A DNA stretch of 64,000 bases from Nitrospirota bacterium. Its GTDB lineage: Bacteria; Nitrospirota; Thermodesulfovibrionia; Thermodesulfovibrionales; Dissulfurispiraceae. This document shows, piece after piece, positions 46,665 through 55,432 of the stretch. Location of the stretch: NCBI GenBank assembly GCA_009773415.1, contig WSNO01000008.1:9600-73599 (forward strand), given 5' to 3'. Positions within the stretch are counted from its first letter, which is position 1. Each line of letters opens with the position of its first letter. Position numbers and translations under genes: made by a program. The notes under the pieces are model-generated. The model worked only from the letters and a program-made list of their open reading frames with translations. It ran no database searches and had not been told where the DNA came from.

Positions 46665-47252
46665 ATGTCTACCGTGCTTGTCGTCAGGAAGAACGGTCTT
46701 GTTGCGATAGCTGCAGACACGCTCACCAAGTCCGGCAGTTCGCGCGAGTCAGCCAGCTATGTGGTCAATCATGAGAAGATAGTGCGGACTCGCCATGGTT
46801 TTATTGCACTGGCCGGACCGACTGCTCTGAAGCTTATCCTGAAAAATTACTTTGCAACCACAAAAAATACAATCCGGCTGGACAGCGTTGATACTATTCT
46901 GGCGACGTGGCTTCAAATGCACGAAGTTCTAAAGAGCCAATACTATATGAATGCCGCCGATGACGCAACCGACTCCTTTGAGACATCCCAGGCCGATGCC
47001 ATTATAGCAAACAAGCACGGCATATTCGGCGTCAGCTCCCATCGGGTAGTGCAGGAGTTCTCAAAATTTTACTCCTATGGGCAAGGCAGTGAGTACGCCA
47101 TGGGGGCCATGTTTGCGGTCTATGACGATCCGGCCAAGACTGCTGAAGACATTGCCCGCGTGGGCATTGCAGCTGCAGCGGAGTTCGATGTCAGCACCGG
47201 TCTGCCGATGACAGTGATTACCATCCGACAGGCAAAACACTCATCACGTTGA
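46665..47252 (+). CDS. Orphan HslV/proteasome-beta-like Ntn hydrolase homolog
   Basis: MSTVLVVRKNGLVAIAADT...EKIVRT...IALAG...YGQGS parallels HslV (MTTIVSVRRNGHVVIAGDG...KKVRRL...AGFAGG...IGSGG). Ser sits at the Thr1 position. Confidence 0.5.
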   Translation: MSTVLVVRKNGLVAIAADTLTKSGSSRESASYVVNHEKIVRTRHGFIALAGPTALKLILKNYFATTKNTIRLDSVDTILATWLQMHEVLKSQYYMNAADDATDSFETSQADAIIANKHGIFGVSSHRVVQEFSKFYSYGQGSEYAMGAMFAVYDDPAKTAEDIARVGIAAAAEFDVSTGLPMTVITIRQAKHSSR

Positions 47253-47635
47253 CCGCCACACCAGCCAGAAATGATCTGAAGCTCATGCTTCGTTGCGCCG
47301 CTTTCTGCTATGTCCGCTGAGGCGGTGCTCCTTCCATCCGTCTTCTTTTTGCCGCGTTCGTCAACCCTGTCGAAGACAAACCCGCATCCGGCAGGTTGCG
47401 CTTCAGCACCATTCAACATCAGCACACTCCGTTACTTTTCCGAAAAAAGTATCGTCTTGAGCACAGCCCTCGTTGCTGCTCATCACCATTTTCTTTGCCG
47501 ATGACAGATCCGGATTACGACGATTCGGGAACTATGCGAACGCATCGCGTTTAAAAAATGTTACAAAACCCACTTTCGATCATTAAACTAACTTATTCTC
47601 ATTATTAACGAGAATAATGAAAAGGGGAGGTTTGT

Positions 47636-48635
47636 ATGATGAAGAGGCTGTTGGTATCACTGTCGTGTCTTGTTTTTTATCTTCACCCTGACCGGCTTGG
47701 CTGAGGCGAAAAAAACTCATATCAAGTGGGGCGCGACCAGCGTCCGCTCGGGCCTTTATGCAAACACCGTCCAGATGGCAAGCATCGTCAACAAGGCGTA
47801 TCCGGGCGAAATCGAGGTTACGGTCGTTGAAACCGGCGGCTTTCTCGAAAACCTGACGCGCGTCGGCAAGAGAACAATTCAGGTCGGCCCTGCGGACGCT
47901 TCTGCCGCATATGCGAATTACGAGGGAATCATTGACTACAAGGGCAAAGCGAACAAAGACCTTCGCGCCCTCTGGGGCGGATATGTGACGCCCATACATA
48001 TCGTCACGACAAAAAAGAGCGGGGCCGACTCGCTCCAGAAACTGAACGGCCTTCCGTTCGCGATGAATCCCGGCACGACCTCCGGTCGCGCGATCGAGCT
48101 TTTTTTCGATGCCAACGGGATTAAGCCGGAATATAAAATGATGGGCATCGGCGCGAGCGTCGATGCGCTGAAGTCCGGTGTCGCGCAGGGCTGGTTCAAG
48201 GCGGGCTTTAAAGACTCTGCTATTCTTGACCTTGAATCCGCAATGGAGGTGAATATCCTTCCCGTCACGCAGAAAATGGTGGATGCCGCGAATCAGAAAT
48301 ATCCGGGACAGGCAAAGAGCATGATGATTCCGTCCGGTCTTTTCAAGGCTGTCAAGAAAGACGAGTTAAGTTTTGCATACGTTGTTTCGGATTTCATCCA
48401 CAAAGACGTTTCTGAAGACGTCGCATACAAGATTGTAAAGGCTGTGTATGAAAAGCGGAAAGATCTCGTCGGCAACCTTGCCACGCTGCGCGAGGGCAAC
48501 TTCGATGACATGTATGGCAACGCGGTGAAGCATCTGAACGTACCGCTTCATCCAGGCGCAGTGAAGTTTTACCGGGAAGTGCTGAAGGTCAAGGTTCCCG
48601 ATCACCTCTTGCCGCCCGAAATGAAGAAACGCTAA
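47636..48635 (+). CDS. TAXI-family TRAP transporter solute-binding protein; signal peptide split by an apparent 1-nt frameshift in a T6 run (intact ORF 47670..48635)
   Basis: GGGGAGG RBS plus ATG at 47636 gives MMKRLLVSLSCLVF, then the frame changes at 47673..47678 to FIFTLTGLAEAKK.... The mature part resembles TAXI receptors (TTSGRAIE, HPGAVKFYRE). Confidence 0.7.
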
Positions 48636-48648
48636 TTGGAGGGTTATC

Positions 48649-49011
48649 ATGAAACGTCTTGTCTGTCTTGTTTTTGCCATTATCCTTTCTTCCGGTTTTA
48701 TTGCCTGGGCTGATGCGCCTGCCGTGACTGTGACGCCGCCTTCAGGTCAACCGGGGGCTGAACTGAAGATAACCGGAAAGGGCTTCAAAGCGGGTGAGGA
48801 GGTAGATATCATCCTGACACTCGACCCGGACACCAGAGTGGGATTGGGAACCGAAAAGGTGGACATGGTCACAGCGGATGCAACGGGAGCTTTCGACGCG
48901 AAGTCCGCATTCCCCGCCTTCGCGAAGCCGGGGAAATATCAGGTTGTCGTGCACGGCGCAAAGGGATCGCGCGTCGAGACATCCATCGAAGTGCTGCCAA
49001 AACAGAAATAA
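48649..49011 (+). CDS. Small secreted beta-sandwich (Ig/IPT-like) protein
   Basis: It has a signal peptide (AWA|DA). The mature sequence VTPPSGQPGAELKITGKGFKAGEEVDI is reminiscent of IPT/TIG repeats. Confidence 0.55.
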   Translation: MKRLVCLVFAIILSSGFIAWADAPAVTVTPPSGQPGAELKITGKGFKAGEEVDIILTLDPDTRVGLGTEKVDMVTADATGAFDAKSAFPAFAKPGKYQVVVHGAKGSRVETSIEVLPKQK

Positions 49012-49026
49012 CGAAAGGAACCCTTA

Positions 49027-51002
49027 ATGCATTATGAGGCTAGTTTAAAGGCTTTTGGTACGCTGTCAGCGGTGTTCTAGCGGCAGCGTGGGGTATTTTT
49101 CTTGTGTACACCGCCCTGACGGTAGCGCTTCATCCGCTCCTTCAGGGCGGCATTTCGCTCAGCTTCGGGTTGGCGCTCGTTTTTCTGGCATATCCGATGA
49201 CAAAAAAAACCTTGAGCGGAGAGCATCCTCGGCACGGAGCCGTTTCGGCGTTCCTCTTGTTCGGGTCCAAACATTCCCCTTCGCTTCTGGATTTCCTGAT
49301 GATTGCGCTGAGCCTCGCTCCCTGTTTCTATATCATGATTTATTGGGAACAGATCGTCCGCAATCCCGGCGAGTTTGAAACGTACCAGCTTGCTCTCGGA
49401 GCCATACTGGTCTTCGGTCTTCTTGAAGGCACTCGACGCTCGCTCGGCATCATGATACCGCTTGTCGTCGCGCTGTTCGTCGCTTACGCGTATCTCGGCC
49501 CACAGATTCCGGGGAGATTTAGCCACGGCGGGTTCGGCACCGAGGAGCTGCTCTATCAGCTCTATCTCATGACCGAGGGAATCTGGGGACTTCTGACCGA
49601 CATGACGAGCCGGATAATTGCCCCGTTTGTCATCTTCGGGCCGGTGCTCTTCGCAACCGGCGTCGGCAAGGTATTCATGGATATTGCTCAGGCGTGGGGC
49701 GGGCGCATGCGCGGCGGCGCCGGCCATGTCGCGGTCATCTCAAGTTCGTTTTTTGGCATGCTGTCGGGATCTTCGGTCGCCAACGTCGCCACGACCGGTT
49801 CTTTCACGATTCCCACGATGAAGAGGCTCGGCTTCCCCAGGGAGCTTGCGGCGGGCGTCGAGGCTTCAGCGTCGTCCGGAGGCCAGATCATGCCGCCCAT
49901 CATGGGCGCCGGCTGTTTCATCATGGCGGAATTCCTGAACATCCCCTATACAGACATCATGATTGCGGGAATTATCCCGGCAATCGTTTATTTCGTCGGC
50001 ATCTCGGCCGGGGTCTGGATAGAGGCGGGGCGCTACGGCATGGGCAAGCTTCCGAAAGAACTCATCCCATCGCTCCGGAAGACATTAAGCCCCCGGGCGC
50101 TCCTGAACTTTATTTTTCCGATCGGAACGCTCACTGCGCTTCTGTTTGCTTTTTTCCCGCCGCAGGTCTGTGCCTCGTGGTCGCTGCTCATCTCAATTGT
50201 GACATTTCTCCTTATCGGCGGACCACTTGATCGCCGTTCGATTATTGAGCTCGCGAAAGCGATCTGGAAGGGCTATTTATCAGGCATTATGACTGCGCTT
50301 GCATGGCTTATGGTAATGATGAGCTGCGTTCAGGTAGCAGTAACAGTCATCTCACTGACCGGCTTCGGCGTAAAGGTATCTGAGATGATCGTCAGCCTTG
50401 CCGGCCAGAGTGTCTGGCTTGCCTTGATTGCCGCGATGCTTACGTCCATCATTCTCGGCATGGGCATGACGACGACCGCGGCGTATGTTATCGCTGCTGC
50501 GGTGCTCGTGCCGGCAATGCAGGGCATGGGCTTTGACCCGCTCGCCAGCCATCTCTTCATATTCTATTTCGCTATCAAATCCGGACTCACGCCTCCGGTC
50601 TGCATTGCGGTATTCACCGCCTCTGCGATTGCCGGCGGCAGCTGGCTCCGGGCCGCGTGGGACTCGATGCGGCTCGGCATCGGCGGCTACATCATCCCGT
50701 TTTATTTCTTGTTTTCACCGCAGTTTCTCATGAAGGGCGGTTTTTTCGAGATCGCGTTTCTGATTGTCGGAGCAGTCGCTGCAATGTTCGCAATCGAAGC
50801 AGGCGTCATGGGGTTCTTCAAAAAGCCGTCTACTCCGATCGAACGCATCCTCTATTTGATCGGCGGACTCGTGATGATGCTGCCGGGTTACTATACGTTC
50901 ATCGGGCTTGGCATTTTCGGCCTCGGCCTGCTTTGTGAACGCTATAGTCCTCCTATTCCGATTCTCGGACGGAGACCTGCGCTCATTGTACATAAAAAGT
51001 GA
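49027..51002 (+). CDS. TRAP transporter fused permease (TAXI-type); apparent frameshift within the first ~10 codons (intact ORF from GTG 49104)
   Basis: It is a large polytopic DctM-like protein. The frame-0 sequence upstream of the GTG (FKGFWYAVSGVLAAAWGIFL) still looks like TM1, but it is closed by a TAG at 49041. The ATG at 49027 with an AAAGGAA RBS is in another frame. Confidence 0.8.
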
Positions 51003-51006
51003 GTCA

Positions 51007-51043
51007 ACGGCCTGCCGTGAGGGTAAAGCCTTCGGCAGGCCGT
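51007..51043 (+). terminator. Hairpin after the TRAP permease
   Basis: ACGGCCTGCCG-N15-CGGCAGGCCGT forms an 11-bp stem, followed by TTCAGCCTTTC. Confidence 0.5.
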
Positions 51044-51164
51044 TTCAGCCTTTCGGTCTTTGCCATTCTTCGCCGCCCAACCAGTTAAGCATCTCCTCAT
51101 GTTTTGAACTGAAGCATTCGGGCGATAAAGCGCACAGGCAAAACGTTTCCTCAGAAAAGAGCGC

Positions 51165-52187
51165 TTACCCCCTGGCTGCCTTCAACTGACCACAAGCCGC
51201 AAGGACATCCTGGCCTTTGCTCTTTCTGACCAGCACAGTCATATATTTGCCGGCAAGCCGCTCCTGAAATGCCAGCACCCGATGTTCTTCTGGTCGCCCA
51301 AACGGGGCTCCGGGAAATGGGTTGAAGGGGATCAGATTGACCTTTGCCGGTATGCCGCGGAGCAGTTCATCCAGCCTTTTCGCATCTTCTGGCGTATCAT
51401 TTACGTCTTTCAGCAGCACATATTCAAAAGTTATCCTCCTGCGCGGCGGGAGCGGGAAAGCGCGACATGCGGCGAGGAGATCTTTCAACGGATACGTCCT
51501 GTTAATCGGCATCACCCGGTCTCGCACACTGTTCGTCGTAGCGTTCAATGATATGGCGAGGTTCACTATCGGCGCGCGCTTTGTCAGTTCAAGAATTTTT
51601 GGCACTATGCCGGCAGTTGAAAGAGTAATCCGGCGGGGAGATATGTGCATCCAGTCGGTCATGCTCCAGAGCGCTTCAACAACATTGTCGAAGTTCATCA
51701 GCGGCTCACCCATGCCCATGAGAACGATGTTGGTGATTGTTTTCGGCGCGACAAGGCGGGCAGCGGAGATGACCTGGTCGGCGATTTCATGAGATTCAAG
51801 GTTCCGCTTCAATCCAAGGGTGCCGGTCAGGCAGAAAGCGCACTTGAGCGCACAGCCGACCTGCGATGAAATGCAGAGAGTGAGACGGTCATCATCCCGG
51901 ATAAGAACGCTCTCTATCGTTTCTCCGTCCTGGAGCTCCCAGAGATACTTCTCGGTGCCATCGACCGAGACAAGGCGATCAAGCATCTTCAGATTGCTGA
52001 TATATGCCTGTTCCGCAAGCCGGTCCCGCAGCTCCCTGGAATATTCCGATAACTCGACAATGTCTTCTGCCCGGCGCTCGTAAATCCAGTGAGCAAGCTG
52101 CTTTGCCCGGAATGCGGGAAGCCCCAGTGATTTTATGTAGGCGGGAAGCGCTTCCCGCGAGAGTGCCTTCAGATTGATTTTCGTCAT
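51165..52187 (-). CDS. rlmN: 23S rRNA/tRNA (adenine-C2)-methyltransferase, radical SAM
   Basis: It has CALKCAFC (CxxxCxxC), MGMGEPL and the C-terminal GQDVLAACGQL. The ATG at 52187 is chosen because the track start at 52223 is a TTG. Confidence 0.9.
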   Translation of the reverse strand: MTKINLKALSREALPAYIKSLGLPAFRAKQLAHWIYERRAEDIVELSEYSRELRDRLAEQAYISNLKMLDRLVSVDGTEKYLWELQDGETIESVLIRDDDRLTLCISSQVGCALKCAFCLTGTLGLKRNLESHEIADQVISAARLVAPKTITNIVLMGMGEPLMNFDNVVEALWSMTDWMHISPRRITLSTAGIVPKILELTKRAPIVNLAISLNATTNSVRDRVMPINRTYPLKDLLAACRAFPLPPRRRITFEYVLLKDVNDTPEDAKRLDELLRGIPAKVNLIPFNPFPGAPFGRPEEHRVLAFQERLAGKYMTVLVRKSKGQDVLAACGQLKAARG

Positions 52188-52432
52188 AGGATAGTGTATC
52201 TCATCCGCTGGAATAAACCCCAAATTGTCATTAGCAGGCTGCTGAAAAAGTCCCTCTCCGGCTCAGCAGGGTCAATTTCTGGGGATGTTCTGACATGGAT
52301 TGCCCCGAGTTTTTCGATTCTTGAGCCTCTGAGAGAGTCGTTTTTAGCAGTGCATTTTGCAGCAAGAGTTTTTCAATACTGCTCCAGATGAAAGTTCATG
52401 AACTATGCGGACCAGGACAATTTTTCGATAAA

Positions 52433-52465
52433 ACAGGGGCAACCCATTTACTCGGTCGCCCCTGT
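52433..52465 (-). terminator. Rho-independent terminator downstream of speE
   Basis: The minus strand reads ACAGGGGC-N17-GCCCCTGT followed by TTTATCGAAAAA. Confidence 0.55.
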
Positions 52466-52506
52466 TCCGTTACTTTCCGCTTCTTATTTCCCGTTTGCCT
52501 CTATCG

Positions 52507-53346
52507 TTACCATTTCAGCTCTTTTTTCATCAGCTTCTCGTACATCCTTGGCGGCATGAAGCACTGGTTATGAATTTCGTCGCTGTAATAGGTTGTTTCA
52601 ATTGCATATTCACGACGCATTTCGCGGGGACTCAGCTTCCTGGAACCGACAGAAAATGTCCACCAGTTGCCCGCATAGGTTGCAATCGGAGCGGTATAGA
52701 GATCGACGACCGGAAAGATCTTCTTCATCTCCTCCTGGACCTCGATTACCATCTCCTTGTGGAAGTGGAGCGACTCCGAGAGGCTTACGAACAGACCGTC
52801 TTCAGCAAGGCACTCCTTGCAGGTCTTGAAAAATTCGACCGTGAAAAGACTCTTTGCGAACCCGATAATGTCGGTCGAATCGACCAGTATTGCGTCAATA
52901 TCACCCTTTCTGGACTTTACGAACTCAGCGCCGTCCATGCATTTAATCTCAACTCGCGGGTCATCGACACCACAGGCAACGCCGGGGAAGAATGTGCGGG
53001 AGACATTGATGACCTCTTCGTCTATCTCGATAAAATGAACTTTCTCGACTGTTTTATGTTTTAGGACTTCGCGCACAATGCCGCCGTCGCCGCCGCCTAT
53101 TACCACGACCTGCTTCGGATTCGGATGGGCATGCAGAACGACATGGGTCAGCATTTCATGATAAAAAAGCTCGTCTCGCTCGGTAATCTGGACCACGCCG
53201 TCAAGAATCAGCATCTTGCCGAAGTGCGGATTCTCGATAACCATAATCTCCTGGAATGCGCTCTTGCTCTGATGAAGGATATTGCTCACTTCATACACAT
53301 ACTGAATAGGCGAATACGGGTCTTTCTCAAAAAATTTAATCATCAT
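52507..53346 (-). CDS. speE: Spermidine synthase
   Basis: It has LDGVVQITERDE.FYHEML, VIGGGDGG and ILVDSTD. Confidence 0.92.
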   Translation of the reverse strand: MMIKFFEKDPYSPIQYVYEVSNILHQSKSAFQEIMVIENPHFGKMLILDGVVQITERDELFYHEMLTHVVLHAHPNPKQVVVIGGGDGGIVREVLKHKTVEKVHFIEIDEEVINVSRTFFPGVACGVDDPRVEIKCMDGAEFVKSRKGDIDAILVDSTDIIGFAKSLFTVEFFKTCKECLAEDGLFVSLSESLHFHKEMVIEVQEEMKKIFPVVDLYTAPIATYAGNWWTFSVGSRKLSPREMRREYAIETTYYSDEIHNQCFMPPRMYEKLMKKELKW

Positions 53347-53451
53347 CTCCTCCTTATTCTTCAGGGGTCAGGAGCCGGCATTCCGAATCAACGATGATGA
53401 TCGCTCATTCCGCATTCATTCGCTTGGCTGCTGACTTCTGAGTCTGACTTC

Positions 53452-54585
53452 TTATATCAAAATCGCCTTCGGTATCGAAAAACCATTAAACTCCGAGGCA
53501 TACGAAATCGTATAGGCCCCGGCGGAAGGAATGAGAATGCGGTTGCCGACCTCCGGCTCCGGAAACTCCGCCTCTTTGTCGATAACATCCATACTGTCGC
53601 AGCTCGGGCCGCATACCGTCCACGTCTTTGCCTCACCGCGGCTGCCGACAATGTAATTGTATTTGATGCCGCCGACGCTTTCCATAAGTCCGTTGAATAC
53701 GCCGACATCGATGTAAAGCCAGTCTTCATCGCCACGCTTCGCCTTGCCGATAACCGTGCCGACGAACACCCCCGAATCACCGACCACTGAGCGCCCAGGC
53801 TCGATAAATATCTCGACATCCTCGGGAAAGCACCGGCGCAATGCCTTGTCTATTTTCTTTTCTATCGCTTCAATCTCAAAGACATTTTTTGTGTAGCGAA
53901 TCGGATAGCCGCCGCCGATATTCAGCATTCTGAGCCTGATTCCCTGCGCCTCAGCCGTTTCCCACAACTCGCGGGCCTTGTCCACTGCAGACTGCCAGTT
54001 GTAGGGATTGTTGCACTGCGAACCGACATGGAAGGTAATGCCGACCGGATTCAGCCCCTTGTCTTTGGCATAGATCAACAACTGCGCGGCTTCTTCAATC
54101 TCGACGCCGAATTTCTTGCTGAGCGGCCACTCGCTGCCTTCATTTGGCACCACCAGCCTGACATACACGTTTGCACCCGGCGAATAGCGGGCCATCTTGT
54201 CCACCTCGGCCTTCGAGTCATACGCAAAATAGTTCACCCCGTACGCAACTGCCTCTGCCATGAAACGAAAGGTCTTAATCGGATTGCTGGTGATGATGCG
54301 CTCGGGAGCCACTCCCAACTCGGTAAGAATGCGAAGCTCCCCTTCAGACGCTATCTCAAAGCCAATTCCCATCTCAGCGACAAAACGGCAGACTTCAATG
54401 TCAGGGTTTGCCTTGACTGCGTAAAAAACCTTTGCGTTCCGAATTGTCCTGCCGATCTGGCACACTTTCTCGCGGATGATGTCCTTATCCATCAGCAGAT
54501 ACGGCAGCGGCTCATCGCTCATCGCGATGTAGTCGAGCGCCTTGTTCCACGTCGATTTCTTGATTCCTTCTGGAATTATTTCCAT
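53452..54585 (-). CDS. Group IV PLP-dependent decarboxylase (ornithine/lysine/arginine decarboxylase-like)
   Basis: It has the PLP lysine in FYAVKANP, HVGSQ, EPGR and CGPSCDS. Substrate specificity cannot be told from the sequence alone. Confidence 0.8.
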   Translation of the reverse strand: MEIIPEGIKKSTWNKALDYIAMSDEPLPYLLMDKDIIREKVCQIGRTIRNAKVFYAVKANPDIEVCRFVAEMGIGFEIASEGELRILTELGVAPERIITSNPIKTFRFMAEAVAYGVNYFAYDSKAEVDKMARYSPGANVYVRLVVPNEGSEWPLSKKFGVEIEEAAQLLIYAKDKGLNPVGITFHVGSQCNNPYNWQSAVDKARELWETAEAQGIRLRMLNIGGGYPIRYTKNVFEIEAIEKKIDKALRRCFPEDVEIFIEPGRSVVGDSGVFVGTVIGKAKRGDEDWLYIDVGVFNGLMESVGGIKYNYIVGSRGEAKTWTVCGPSCDSMDVIDKEAEFPEPEVGNRILIPSAGAYTISYASEFNGFSIPKAILI

Positions 54586-54636
54586 GCCGACTCCTCAAAA
54601 ATAATAGAGGATTATTATAGCGCACTGCTGAATGAA

Positions 54637-55377
54637 TTATACAGAAGAATCAAAGAGAAAATACCCCAGATACTCCACGTTTCCCTTCTGTCCGAGAATG
54701 GGGGATGCCATAACACCGACGGTCCGAAGGCCGAGCGACTCAAGCACCTGCCGCACTCGCTCGACAGCAGCCTTCCGCTTTTCTTCGTCTTTCACGATGC
54801 CGCCTTTGCCGACCTCTCCTTTGCCGACTTCAAACTGCGGCTTGATGAGAGCGATCAGTTCGCCGCCGGCTTTCAGGAACTGAAGGACAGCGGGAACAAC
54901 TTTTTCGAGAGAGATAAATGAAACATCAATGACAACGATATCGATTCTGTCAGGGATAGCGGAGTGTTCGAGATGGCGGATATTGGTGCGGTCCATAAGC
55001 ACCACACGTTCGTCCTGCTGAAGCTTCCATGCCAGCTGCCCGTAGCCGACATCGATGCAGTATGACTTCCTGAGGCCGTTCTGGAGCATGCAGTCGGTGA
55101 ATCCGCCGGTCGAGGCGCCGACATCCATCGCAACCTTGCCGGCGAAGTCGATGGTGAATTCCCTGAGCGCTGCTTCTAGCTTGAGCCCGCCGCGGCTGAC
55201 GTACGGGATGTCGTCACCCTTGACGTCAATAAGTGCATCATGCTGAACGAGCGTTCCCGCCTTTCCCTGCGGCATGCCGCTTACAAAGACCTTGCCCTCG
55301 AGAATGAGGGCCTGCGCCCGTTCACGGCTCTGCACCAGTCCCCGCTCTACAAGTACTTTATCAAGTCTGTCTTTCAT
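54637..55377 (-). CDS. tlyA: TlyA-family rRNA 2'-O-methyltransferase
   Basis: It has an S4 domain (RLDKVLVERGLVQSRERAQALI) and an FtsJ-type SAM fold (DVGASTGGFTDC). The ATG is at 55377. Confidence 0.88.
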   Translation of the reverse strand: MKDRLDKVLVERGLVQSRERAQALILEGKVFVSGMPQGKAGTLVQHDALIDVKGDDIPYVSRGGLKLEAALREFTIDFAGKVAMDVGASTGGFTDCMLQNGLRKSYCIDVGYGQLAWKLQQDERVVLMDRTNIRHLEHSAIPDRIDIVVIDVSFISLEKVVPAVLQFLKAGGELIALIKPQFEVGKGEVGKGGIVKDEEKRKAAVERVRQVLESLGLRTVGVMASPILGQKGNVEYLGYFLFDSSV

Positions 55378-55432
55378 GGGTTGCCGAATCCTCCGGCGTG
55401 TCGAAAAGATTCTGATTGCCCGGTCGCGGTTC

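Noticed and set aside
47583-47999. A 138-aa minus-strand ORF covering the TAXI gene start and its upstream region.
   Set aside because: It is antisense to the binding-protein gene and its RBS, and it has no motifs or RBS of its own.
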